A stretch of 64,000 nucleotides of DNA. Source: Nitrosopumilus sp. (GTDB taxonomy: Archaea > Thermoproteota > Nitrososphaeria > Nitrososphaerales > Nitrosopumilaceae). The notes under the pieces are model-generated. The model was not told where the DNA came from. It ran no database searches and was given only the letters and a program-made list of their open reading frames with translations. The stretch is from NCBI GenBank assembly GCA_965214775.1, contig OZ243974.1, positions 1,184,001 through 1,248,000 on the forward strand, in the 5' to 3' direction. Both the position numbers and the translations under genes were made by a program. This document shows positions 32,131-42,401 of the stretch, piece after piece. Position 1 is the first letter of the stretch. The number at the start of each line of letters is the position of its first letter.

Positions 32131-32209
32131 TCCCTGTTACTGGCAACAGTTGCCCACTAGCGGGAACTTTTCTTCCCTGTTACTGGCAACAGTTGCCCAC
32201 TAGCGGGAA
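32131..32209. repeat. 36-bp direct repeat, two copies, with internal hairpins
   Basis: tccctgttactggcaacagttgcccactagcgggaa at 32131 and 32174. Confidence 0.9.
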
Positions 32210-32346
32210 TCAGTAGAACGCCTGTGTCTGAAGACACGGCAAAACGCCACGTTTTGACGATCATCTGATCCAGAGCAGTGAGCAGGGCACAAAGATCCAT
32301 GGGGAGCCAAACAAGAATGAGAAAAAAGATGGGGTATGTGCAATCG

Positions 32347-32564
32347 TCATTTGATCTCCGGCCTCGAGAGCGGATCAAAGCCGGGATCATCAAAGGGATT
32401 GTCGTGTCTGGGCCTGGTGTCAGCACAATTTTGCCGCCAAGGTCGTGGAACCGTATGTGCTCGCCTGGTCTCAAACCCAGGCTTTGTACCATCACGGGCG
32501 GAACGACCGCAAAAAATGAAGAGTTGTCCTTGATGCTGAGCCTTCACTCATGTATCTTTTCCAT
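32347..32564 (-). pseudogene. AbrB/MazE/SpoVT-like DNA-binding protein pseudogene
   Basis: MEKIHE*RLSIKDNSSFFAVVPPVMVQSLGLRPGEHIRF...; in-frame TGA and a probable frameshift; similar to 33391-33684. Confidence 0.65.
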
Positions 32565-32599
32565 GCCATCAGCAAATACCGGAGATTCGTTTAAGACTG

Positions 32600-32696
32600 T
32601 GGTGCCAATGGCGCCAAAAAACGGCGCCAAAGGTGCGTTTGGTACCTATCCCACAGGGGCCAAAGGCGCCAAAAAACGGCGCCAAAGGCCCCAATC
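32600..32696. repeat. Degenerate 9-bp GGCGCCAAA repeat cluster
   Basis: ggcgccaaaaaacggcgccaaagg occurs twice, plus variants. Confidence 0.8.
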
Positions 32697-33033
32697 TCTG
32701 AGGGCCAGTAACGGACTTTCAACTCGCATTAATACACAAAACACGAAAAACGAGACCATGACGTCCGGGTCCCCTGACCCCGACAGTCCCATGGGACGAC
32801 GGAGTCGTCCCAGACCCTAGAACCTACCTGGGTGAAGAACTTCCCCGGACTCCATCGAACCCGGCGACCGTCCCCGGATCGACGAGACAAAATCATACCT
32901 ACGAACCTAGAATCATTACAGTCAGCCACAGATGACTGATCAGAACCTCATAATGGTGTCATGTCAGGAGGCAGTACCAGAATGTCAAAAACATGACGGG
33001 AATCAAGAACATGAAAAACAGAGCTTGTCAATT

Positions 33034-33138
33034 CTGAGGGCACTGGCTATTTCCCTATCTATCCTGTCATATCATATCATACATCTCAGAATCCTTTGAA
33101 CCTTTTGATCATCAAAAACCTACAATTTTTAATCATTC
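33034..33138. promoter_or_regulatory. Conserved non-coding block, copy 1 (oriT/ori-like, function inferred)
   Basis: 24-bp identity gctatttccctatctatcctgtca with 36001-36024, plus flanking similarity. Confidence 0.5.
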
Positions 33139-33390
33139 ATTGACTGCCATCGGATCAATCCGAGGAGATTGCCTTCCCGAGGACATGACGGGCCTTGTCG
33201 CCTGTGGCTACAGGATGCCCGACAGGCAGAGTCCGCAGCCCCGGATAAAGCCGTCCCGGGCATGTCAGGCACGGCATGACAAAGTGGGAAAACTTGGCTT
33301 AGCAGTGTCACGCGTGGTCAGGTAACCCAAAGGTCCGCGAGATTCTCGCCGGCCTTGAAAAAAAAGAAAGGCGGGGTGTAACGGCAGGCG

Positions 33391-33684
33391 TCATTTGATG
33401 TGCAGCTTTTTGAGCTTTTCTGCAGGCAGATCCGCCTCTTCCATCATCTCGTCCAGGACCCTGTCGTACTTGGTCTTGCTGCCTTTCTTTGAGGAAGTGC
33501 GCTGGGTCTGTATGGGGATCAGCTCCATCCGATCCTCAAAATTCACAAACTCGACGAGCTGGCCGCTTTCGATACCGTGGGCATCCACCATGCTCTTTGG
33601 GATGACGACGATGGTGCTGCTCCCGTATCTGTACGCCCTTCTGTACTGCTTTTTTTCTGTCATGCTCTTGAATCTGTTTTTCAT
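33391..33684 (-). CDS. AbrB/MazE/SpoVT-family DNA-binding protein
   Basis: YGSSTIVVIPKSMVDAHGIESGQLVEF swapped-hairpin signature. Confidence 0.8.
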   Translation of the reverse strand: MKNRFKSMTEKKQYRRAYRYGSSTIVVIPKSMVDAHGIESGQLVEFVNFEDRMELIPIQTQRTSSKKGSKTKYDRVLDEMMEEADLPAEKLKKLHIK

Positions 33685-34310
33685 TTAAAACCAGTCTAAT
33701 TTCATGATTCTTGCCATTTTCATAATTTTTGGTATCGTTGTTTTCACTACTCTCACTACTTTTCAAATCCATACTTTCACTACTCTCACTACTTTTCAAA
33801 TCCATACTTTCACTACTCTCACTACTTTTCAAATCCATACTTTCACTACTCTCACTACTTTTCAAATCCATACTTTCACTACTCTCACTACTTTTCAAAT
33901 CCATACTTTCACTACTCTCACTACTTTTCAAATCCATACTTTCACTACTCTCACTACTTTTCAAATCCATACTTTCACTACTCTCACTACTTTTCAAATC
34001 CATACTTTCACTACTCTCACTACTTTTCAAATCCATACTTTCACTACTCTCACTACTTTTCAAATCCATACTTTCACTACTCTCACTACTTTTCAAATCC
34101 ATACTTTCACTACTCTCACTACTTTTCAAATCCATACTTTCACTACTCTCACTACTTTTCAAATCCATACTTTCACTACTCTCACTACTTTTCAAATCCA
34201 TACTTTCACTACTCTCACTACTTTTCAAATCCATACTTTCACTACTCTCACTACTTTTCAAATCCATACTTTCACTACTCTCACTACTTTTCAAATCCAT
34301 ACTTTCACTA

Positions 34311-35416
34311 TAGCAACGGTCATAAGTAATTGAGGGCTTTGACCGGCGATCTGTAAATGTACTTGTACATGCTAAGGTGGGCAAACGACACCGTCCTGTA
34401 ATATTCGGATATGGCATGCCGTAGCTCGCTGATTTTCCTGTACACTATCCCCCTGAAAACAAAATGCTTGCCCAAGTTCCAGCATTCTTCCACGATATTG
34501 AGGTACGGCGATCCTTTCGGGATCATTATCAGTTTGACATAGGGATGGTCGACCAGATATTCTGCGACATCAGTAGATCTGTGCACACTCCACCTGTCGC
34601 AAAAGACGGCAACCTTACCAAACTTGGCGCGCAGCGCCTCCAGACATTCTATGAACTGCACCGACGTAAAGGATCCCGTAAACGTCCTGAACAACCTTCT
34701 GCCGTCTTCTGCGATGCTTCCAAACACGGCCACCTTTGTGTGGTCTCCAGAGTACGATGCCACGCTTCTGGTGCCGACCGGACCCCACACGTATCTGTCA
34801 TATGCGCCCTGCACGAAGAACGCCTCATCAGATGACACCAGCGTAAAACCGTCGTTTTTCAGGCACGGAATACGCACGTTTTCAAGATACCACTGCCACG
34901 AGTATACCGAGCTTGGGGTGGCATGGTTGACATGTATGTTTTGCACCTTGCGGCGCGACAGGCCATGCTGGCGCATCATTCTCCGGACATGCTCTATGCT
35001 GTATTGTGTCCCGGTGGCATCCCTTATGTCATCGCGTACCGTCATGACATCGGTACTTTTGCATGCAGTAGACAGATCCATTATGGCTGCAATACTTTTC
35101 CTGTCCACCTTTGGCCTGCATCCGGAACGGGGAAGATCCCGGAGACCGTCTATGCCGCCCTCCGAAAACCTCGCCAGCCAGTTACGCACGGAATTCTCAC
35201 TGCACCGGATCTTTCTTGCAGTCTCGGGTACGCCCATGTCGTCTTCTAGCACAAACATCAGCGCCATGATCTTCTTGTAGACTTTGGCATCCTTTTCTTT
35301 GCGCATGGCCTCTGACAGGATGTCTGTTTCTTTTGCCATACATACTGCGCCAGTTACGTGATCATTATACTTTTCGAATGACCTTGTTTTGGCTCAAAGA
35401 CTTATGCTCGTTGCTA
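34311..35416 (-). mobile_element. IS630-family element C, TA duplication
   Basis: TIR TAGCAACG..CATAAGT; the repeat unit is restored when the element is removed. Confidence 0.95.
34320..35339 (-). CDS. IS630 transposase
   Basis: HTH, SDEA, CDRWSVH, PKGSPYLNIVEECW. Confidence 0.92.
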   Translation of the reverse strand: MAKETDILSEAMRKEKDAKVYKKIMALMFVLEDDMGVPETARKIRCSENSVRNWLARFSEGGIDGLRDLPRSGCRPKVDRKSIAAIMDLSTACKSTDVMTVRDDIRDATGTQYSIEHVRRMMRQHGLSRRKVQNIHVNHATPSSVYSWQWYLENVRIPCLKNDGFTLVSSDEAFFVQGAYDRYVWGPVGTRSVASYSGDHTKVAVFGSIAEDGRRLFRTFTGSFTSVQFIECLEALRAKFGKVAVFCDRWSVHRSTDVAEYLVDHPYVKLIMIPKGSPYLNIVEECWNLGKHFVFRGIVYRKISELRHAISEYYRTVSFAHLSMYKYIYRSPVKALNYL

Positions 35417-35987
35417 TACTCTCACTACTTTTCAAATCCATACTTTCACTACTCTCACTACTTTTCAAATCCATACTTTCACTACTCTCACTACTTTTCA
35501 AATCCATACTTTCACTACTCTCACTACTTTTCAAATCCATACTTTCACTACTCTCACTACTTTTCAAATCCATACTTTCACTACTCTCACTACTTTTCAA
35601 ATCCATACTTTCACTACTCTCACTACTTTTCAAATCCATACTTTCACTACTCTCACTACTTTTCAAATCCATACTTTCACTACTCTCACTACTTTTCAAA
35701 TCCATACTTTCACTATTTTTTGCCCTATGGTTTCCACTCCCACACGCATCAAACCTCTCGCATTACACCACACAGTCACAAAAAACGAGACCAAAGCACA
35801 CCGAATCATTCCGACGGAACGGTCTCCCCACGGGAGCCCTTAGCATCCCCTCCTTGATCTGGGACATATTCATCGTCCCAGAAACTCTACGACAATTGAG
35901 GGAGTCCTCCCCTCAAACTCCTCAACACACCGGTGACTCAAATTATCAGGAATCATGACAGGAGTCAAATGACATAACACAAGAATG

Positions 35988-36094
35988 TCTGAGGGTATTA
36001 GCTATTTCCCTATCTATCCTGTCACGATATACAGTACGTCTCGGAATCTTTTGAACTTTTTGCCCCTCAAGATTCATGATATTTTTAATCATTC
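35988..36094. promoter_or_regulatory. Conserved non-coding block, copy 2
   Basis: Homologous to 33034-33138. Confidence 0.5.
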
Positions 36095-36629
36095 TTTGGT
36101 TATCGTCAGATCATTTGAGAATATTATCCTCTAGGTTCCGTAATATGACATTGATCGACACAATCATGGTTTTTTCTGATGATAACTGGCGATATTGTAT
36201 CATGTCGGTTTGTCTTGGATTCGAGAAAAAAATAGCTCATCCGTTCCAGATGTCTCTTCTCCCCATCCTTGAGTTTAAGACACGCCAAGACTTTTGCTGT
36301 AATCGCCGCCCTCATTTTGATTATCCACCTTCATATCTAAAAGCCGTTTCCGGAGCCAAATTTTTTGATTTGGAGTCATGAAAAAATAATCCGACTCTCA
36401 GTAACCTTGTCATGTTTTCTGATGGTATCTTTTGCCTCAGAATGATTCCTGGAATTTTTTGGATTTTCATTATTTTTCACGCACGGATATGCCTTCCGAG
36501 CTATGGAAAAAAGTGCAAGATGCCCGCCGGATTCAGGACGCCTGAAAAGGGAGGCAAATCTGTTGAAAGTAATGGTGCATGGCAGGCAGTGCCAATACAG
36601 CGTGTTTGGTTTGAGACAGGCCTGACACC

Positions 36630-36764
36630 GAGACTGTCGTCTAATTCATAAGAATTGCTGAAAATCATACGGTGTCGTCTGGACTAGACGTGCAAAGGGA
36701 GTGGAAATTCGGAGAAATGTGCAGGTTGAGTCAAGCAAGGGGAACTACGTGACGACCCCCCCCC
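36630..36764. mobile_element. MITE family C (GGGGTTGTCGCCTAATTC ends), degenerate
   Basis: Related copies at ~47601, 56845-56976 and 58652-58783. Confidence 0.65.
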
Positions 36765-37025
36765 TCCACTGCGACGGGTTCATCGGGTTCTGCAACGAGT
36801 GCAGGACGTATTATTCGCTGGATATTGGGTGCGCCGGGATGCCCACGACGGCGCAGAGCCGGGATGCCGCAGATGCGATCAGGAAAAATGGCCCAAAATG
36901 GACGGAGATGGACACCAATGACTAGCGAGCATGATTTTCATATAACACAATGTCTGGCCAGCAAGAGCGTAATCTCACACACTACGCGGCGGCAGCCTTT
37001 TTAACTACATGCCTGTAGAGCTGCC

Positions 37026-37964
37026 ATGATTAGACGCTTTTCCGTAGGACTCTTTCTTGTTCTGGCTGTAGTGGCCCTTACTGCCACCGCGCACGCAGAG
37101 GTGCCGCCCCCACTAAAGCAGCTTGCGGCAGGCGTCTCTCCAGAGGACATCCGGTGCAACCACGACAGGATCCTTGTGATGCGTGACGGCGGCTCCCCTG
37201 CGTGTGTGTATGCCGAGACGGCGCAAAAAAAGGACTGGCGTACGGTAAACACAGCAAGCACGGCACCGTCAGCTACCGATTACGGCGAAGTCCACGAGGC
37301 CGTCATAAACTCGATTCGGATGGGGGATGTAGGGGAGCCGGTAATCCTCAACGTGACCATGATCAACCACACCCCGGATGGTTCGTGGTCCTCCCATGGG
37401 GAGTTCGTCGACAAGAACTTTTCGCTGAGAATAGGGGTGCCGGACTCTTTTGAGGTGGACGAGTCCCAGGAATACTTTGGAGGAATGAGGGGTGTAGACT
37501 CGTGGCCTCCAAATTATGTGGTATATTTCGGGATCGACGAGAGCGCCGACAGGCTTGACATGGAAAACCTGACATTCATCCCCACCGAGGCCGGCACATA
37601 CTGGATGAACATACAAAACAAGACTGCGACTGATAGGGTCGGGCACTACTACATATGGTTTGCAATCGACGAGTCGGGCTCGTACTGGTCATACGACGAA
37701 CCCCCGAAGCCGGCGGCCCCTCCTGAGCCCCCTACCCCAAAGAGGGACTCGCCCACCATGACTGCCGTGCAGCTTACAGACTCCGAGGTAAGGGAGTTTC
37801 TGCAAAAGCTGTCCGCAAGACACGGCACGGAGGTCACCCTTGACAATGTGCCGCAGTACATCTCCGAGGACGACGACGTCTACCTTATGAAGAGCGCCGA
37901 GAAGGTAAACGACAGGTGGGAGGATATACTGCTGTTCTTCAGGGACGTGCCATATCGTGGATAG
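37026..37964 (+). CDS. Secreted/surface protein with a Nitrosopumilaceae-type N-terminal motif
   Basis: Signal peptide, then PPLKQLAAGVSPEDIRC...SPACV. Confidence 0.8.
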   Translation: MIRRFSVGLFLVLAVVALTATAHAEVPPPLKQLAAGVSPEDIRCNHDRILVMRDGGSPACVYAETAQKKDWRTVNTASTAPSATDYGEVHEAVINSIRMGDVGEPVILNVTMINHTPDGSWSSHGEFVDKNFSLRIGVPDSFEVDESQEYFGGMRGVDSWPPNYVVYFGIDESADRLDMENLTFIPTEAGTYWMNIQNKTATDRVGHYYIWFAIDESGSYWSYDEPPKPAAPPEPPTPKRDSPTMTAVQLTDSEVREFLQKLSARHGTEVTLDNVPQYISEDDDVYLMKSAEKVNDRWEDILLFFRDVPYRG

Positions 37965-40900
37965 GTGGCCGGGTTTCTTCGCCATCCTGCTGGCAGTTCC
38001 TCTTGGCGGCCACGCCCTTGCAACCGACACGTTTGACACAATGGGCCTTGTGAACATAGAAGATGTCAGGGGGGACGGATATTCATACACCGAGCTCATC
38101 TTTGACGCCCAAGTGTGCCTCAAGATATTCGGAAGCTCCTCTTACCTGCAGTTTGCAGGCGAAAACAGAGACGCCTGCACGCACATAACCGGCAGCAGCT
38201 GGTACTCCCTGTCCGACGTCGAGCTGCCAGACAACCCCACAAGGGTGCAGTATGTTCTAGTGACAAACGGGGAGCAGATGGACGTTCGGGACAGCAACAA
38301 CGACTACCACAAGATCGCCGATCCAGTCACGGAACTAATCTATTCCGGCTATAGACTCAATCACAACATAGTGGTGCCCTCTGAACCGAGCAATGCGCTG
38401 TGGCTTTATCATGACTGGATGACCTTCACCAGATTTGTCGAAAGTGAGTTTGGCAAGACGATGGATCTTGGTTTGACCGTCATGTATGAAGAGGGCGAGT
38501 TTCCTGGAAGCAACTACAAAGGTAGAAACAGGGTAGTCACTCTTCAGGGTGAAGGACTACATGAACCTCATGATAATGCCATTGATGACCAATGGATAGT
38601 ACTACATGAATTCTCTCACCATCTGATGAACGAGGCATACGATGATCACTTTTCAACCTACAAAAGTTATCCTCATGCCTGCGTCGATGAAAACTCGCAG
38701 ACCATTGACCATTACATCCACAAGGCAAGCAACGGCAAATGCGCGTTTTCAGAGGGATTCGCCAACATGATGCCTCATCTAATCCTGGATGAAACCGTAA
38801 TAGAAGTAAAAACCTCCGACTATACGTTTGACATAGAAACCCCGGAATATATGGAAGGCAACGTGGTGATGGACATCGCGGAGGGCGTCGCTGTAGAAGG
38901 CAGGGTGGCTGCCGCCTTTTTTGATCTGCTGGATCTGGGAAACGGCAACGACGAGCGCGTTACGGAGGACAAGGGCGACTTTTGGGAGGTCACCGAAGTC
39001 TTCCAGCTAGGCATCGCGCCCGTTGTCGGCGACTTTTATGAGAACTGGAAGGATCGGCACGGATACGACAGTAGGCTGGACAGTATCTACGAGCTAAACA
39101 CGTTGTCTGCCGTCCTGAGAAGCAGAGACGTGATCGAGGTAGAGGATCCGGTCGTCTCACCCTCCGGCATCGTCCTGAGTTGGGACGCGCCCGCTACCGG
39201 CCCTCCACCTGAGTTTTACGAGATCCTGAGATCCTCGTCACCGTTCGTGTCCATTGCAAACGTCACCTCCACCACATACGTGGACGGCGACGTCCTGCCG
39301 TCGACCACCTACCGGTACCAGATCATCCCCCACTCCAACTACGGGCCAGGCACGCCTTCGCTGGCCGTCAATGCAACCACGGCCGACACAGTGTCACTGG
39401 CAATAACCGCGCCGCCGGACGTTACGGTGGAGGCCACAGGAGTCCTGAGCACCGTCAGTATAGGGACTGCCACGATAACCGGTGGTCAGGATCCTGGTAC
39501 GACGATAACAAACGATGCCCCCGTCTCTGGGTTCCCGGTAGGCAACACCACGGTAACGTGGACCGTGACTGACACCTTGAACATGACGGCCACCGACATC
39601 CAGACAGTGACGATACGGGACACGGCGCCGCCCCGGATCGCCGTACCGGCAGACATCACGACCGAGGCTTCTGGTGTGCTGACTATGGTATCCATCGGAC
39701 AGGCCACTGCCACCGACATTGCGGATCCGGATCCGGCAGTAACAAACGACGCACCGGAATCGTTCCCGCTCGGCGATACGGTAATCACATGGACTGCCAT
39801 TGATTCCTCCGGCAACGCGGCCACTGACATCCAGACTGTTACGATACAGGACACGACACTGCCGAGCATAACCGCACCGCCAGATGTCACAACCGAGGCT
39901 TCCGGCGTACTGACTGTAACATCCATAGGGCAGGCCACCGCCATCGACACTGCAGATCCCGACCCGGCAATCACAAACGACGCCCCCGAGTCGTTCCCGC
40001 TCGGCGATACAGTAATCACATGGACTGCCACTGATTCTTCCGGCAATGCTGCCACGGCCACACAGACCGTGACGATACAGGACACCACGCCGCCGAGCAT
40101 CACCGCACCTGCAAACCATACGGCCGAGGCAGCCGGCATCATGACGATCCTGAATGTCGGCGACTATGGGACTCCCACCGTATCTGACATTGCCGATCCC
40201 AGTCCCACAATCACAAACGACGCACCAGAGTCGTTCCCGCTCGGCAACACCACGGTAACGTGGACTGCCGCCGATTCCTCTGGCAACGAGGCGACGGCCG
40301 CCCAGACTGTTACAATACAGGACACCACGCCGCCTGCCATCTCCGGCCTGCGCAATATATCCGTGGATGATCCGGCGGGCCGTGGAATGGAAGTCAGCTA
40401 CGATGCGCCGACTGCCGCCGACCTCGTGGACGGGGTCGTGGCAGTATCATGCACGCACGAGTCCGGATCGACGTTTGCGCCCGGATTCACCGAGGTGTCA
40501 TGCACGGCGACAGACGGCTCTGCAAACTCGCAGAGGGACTGGTTTATCATACACGTGGACGCCTCAGACGCCATCCTGGACGTCTTCCAGACCGTGAGCA
40601 CGGGCCGGTCCACGTGGAGTGTTACGGGCCCGGACAGGGTATTCGCGGGGCAGACCTTCGAGTATACGGTAACCCTCGAGGACGGGGCGAGGCCGAGGCT
40701 GGAGTCGCTTGCCGTGTACAGCACGGCGCCGGAACGGGACCTCGGATGGTACGATCCCGATACGGACTGTCAGACCGTGATATGCGCGGGGTTTCCCGAA
40801 CAAAAGCACGACACGTACAAGATAGCCAGTGACGAGGACTCGCCGTATACTGCCATGCACAACAAGATGAAAAAGTCCAGATCCAGCCATACCATACTGC

Positions 40901-42105
40901 TGCAGCCGGCAGCCGACGCGCCGGCGGGCACACAGGCCACAGTCGGCATGATGGACGGTAACAACAACCAGGTGGGAGGCATACCCGTGACGGTGCTGCC
41001 GCCGTCCGCAAAGACGATAACGGGCGAGCGCGCCACCTGGAGGATCACGGGCCCCGACAGGATATTTCCGGGACAAACCTTCGAGTATACGGTAACCCTT
41101 GATGGCACAAGGCACCAGCACGACGCCCTTGCAATATACAGCAGCTCGCTTACAGTGGACGACTTTGGGGGACTCGCGGATGACTCTGCATGCGGCACGA
41201 CCGTATGCACGGACTTTCCGGGGCAGCGGCGCCGCACGATGGAGCTTGACAACCACGCAGGCTCGGTATACGACGTGAGGTATCACACGATCAACGCGCC
41301 CGGCTCCCAGTATACGATACTGCTGAGGACGGCCGACGACGCGGAGGCGGGAGGCACGTTCAGGGTCGGCCTGGTGGACGGGGACGGAAGTCCGATGGGC
41401 AGCATACGGGTTACGATCGCCGATCCCGTGGCCGTAACGGCCCCATATGAGGAGCTCGTGGCAGGCCTGTCCTTTGAGGGCAGCCTGGCCGATATCACGG
41501 GGGACAACAACGGTACGGCTGCAGGGGATGTCACGTACGTGCCTGGCAGGATAGGCAGGGGGCTGCAGCTTGACGGCTCTACGAACGTCACCCTTGCAGG
41601 GGAGGCCGACTTTGACTTTGGGCGGACCGACCCGTTCAGCATTGCGTTCTGGCTCAGGCAGGACGTGCCCGTCAACAACAGCACCATGATAATGTCCAAG
41701 GTAGAGTCGTTCGGTCATACCGGCTCGTACGTGTGGATATGGGGAGGGGCGCCCAACAGGATCCTGCTTTCGATACACGACAACTCCACGTTCATAAACG
41801 TGCACACCCCCAACCACCTGAACATGTCAGACGGTGCATGGCACCATATCGCATTCACGTACGACGGCTCGGGTGTAAAGGAGGGCCTGAACGCGTATAT
41901 CGACGGCGAGCACCGGGACTATGACGGCTACCGTAGGGGCCTAGGACTGGAAGGCAATACAACAAACGACCATGCGTTTACGGTGAGAACCACCAGCTGG
42001 GGGGACCCCGACAGGATCGACTCGGTGCTCGACGAGTTGCGCGTGTATGGCGCCGAGCTGTCGGCCTGGCAGATGCGGTTGCTGCATGCGGCAGGCCTCG
42101 ACTAG
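37957..42105 (+). CDS. Large secreted HExxH metalloprotease-like protein with FN3, HYR-like repeats, a duplicated unknown domain and LamG
   Basis: LHEFSHH...FSEGFA; LSWDAP...Y.Y.I; about five TNDAPESFPLGDTVITWTA-type repeats; DGAWHHIAFTYDG. Confidence 0.85.
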   Translation: MDRWPGFFAILLAVPLGGHALATDTFDTMGLVNIEDVRGDGYSYTELIFDAQVCLKIFGSSSYLQFAGENRDACTHITGSSWYSLSDVELPDNPTRVQYVLVTNGEQMDVRDSNNDYHKIADPVTELIYSGYRLNHNIVVPSEPSNALWLYHDWMTFTRFVESEFGKTMDLGLTVMYEEGEFPGSNYKGRNRVVTLQGEGLHEPHDNAIDDQWIVLHEFSHHLMNEAYDDHFSTYKSYPHACVDENSQTIDHYIHKASNGKCAFSEGFANMMPHLILDETVIEVKTSDYTFDIETPEYMEGNVVMDIAEGVAVEGRVAAAFFDLLDLGNGNDERVTEDKGDFWEVTEVFQLGIAPVVGDFYENWKDRHGYDSRLDSIYELNTLSAVLRSRDVIEVEDPVVSPSGIVLSWDAPATGPPPEFYEILRSSSPFVSIANVTSTTYVDGDVLPSTTYRYQIIPHSNYGPGTPSLAVNATTADTVSLAITAPPDVTVEATGVLSTVSIGTATITGGQDPGTTITNDAPVSGFPVGNTTVTWTVTDTLNMTATDIQTVTIRDTAPPRIAVPADITTEASGVLTMVSIGQATATDIADPDPAVTNDAPESFPLGDTVITWTAIDSSGNAATDIQTVTIQDTTLPSITAPPDVTTEASGVLTVTSIGQATAIDTADPDPAITNDAPESFPLGDTVITWTATDSSGNAATATQTVTIQDTTPPSITAPANHTAEAAGIMTILNVGDYGTPTVSDIADPSPTITNDAPESFPLGNTTVTWTAADSSGNEATAAQTVTIQDTTPPAISGLRNISVDDPAGRGMEVSYDAPTAADLVDGVVAVSCTHESGSTFAPGFTEVSCTATDGSANSQRDWFIIHVDASDAILDVFQTVSTGRSTWSVTGPDRVFAGQTFEYTVTLEDGARPRLESLAVYSTAPERDLGWYDPDTDCQTVICAGFPEQKHDTYKIASDEDSPYTAMHNKMKKSRSSHTILLQPAADAPAGTQATVGMMDGNNNQVGGIPVTVLPPSAKTITGERATWRITGPDRIFPGQTFEYTVTLDGTRHQHDALAIYSSSLTVDDFGGLADDSACGTTVCTDFPGQRRRTMELDNHAGSVYDVRYHTINAPGSQYTILLRTADDAEAGGTFRVGLVDGDGSPMGSIRVTIADPVAVTAPYEELVAGLSFEGSLADITGDNNGTAAGDVTYVPGRIGRGLQLDGSTNVTLAGEADFDFGRTDPFSIAFWLRQDVPVNNSTMIMSKVESFGHTGSYVWIWGGAPNRILLSIHDNSTFINVHTPNHLNMSDGAWHHIAFTYDGSGVKEGLNAYIDGEHRDYDGYRRGLGLEGNTTNDHAFTVRTTSWGDPDRIDSVLDELRVYGAELSAWQMRLLHAAGLD

Positions 42106-42401
42106 CCTGTGCGATCGCGGCGAGCCAAGCCTGCGGCAAGAGATTGCACTGGCCAGCAAGGATTCTCGAGGTACTTCATGATCAGACACCTCTGCAAACG
42201 GTCGATGACATTCAGGAGTTTGTGATTGCAGGTATACCACACAGACGGCACTGCCTGCCGGGGCCTTTGCTGCCGCGCATTCCGCGCGGTATCTTCTGGA
42301 TGGGGTAAGACTCTTACCTCCTATCGTGTATTGCTGCACAATACCTAAATCAGGCGTGTAAAACTCAATTGTTGGAACGTAAAAAAGATCCAATATGGTT
42401 G

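Larger units (their letters stand above)
33742..35715. repeat. 33-bp tandem array (~26 copies: ~17 + ~9), split by IS630 element C
   Basis: Unit ttttcaaatccatactttcactactctcactac; copies appear identical. Confidence 0.97.

Noticed and set aside
32544-32546. Selenocysteine or readthrough at the TGA in the AbrB-like gene
   Set aside because: More simply a CGA>TGA change; the gene also appears frameshifted downstream
33742-35715. CRISPR array
   Set aside because: Units are head-to-tail with no unique spacers, and there are no cas genes in the window
33536-35958. ORFs across the 33-bp array as real genes
   Set aside because: Open only because the 33-mer lacks stops in those frames; several start or end inside the IS630
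36701-36925. Small Cys-containing ORF as a functional gene
   Set aside because: Its start lies in a degenerate MITE and the rest is too short to support
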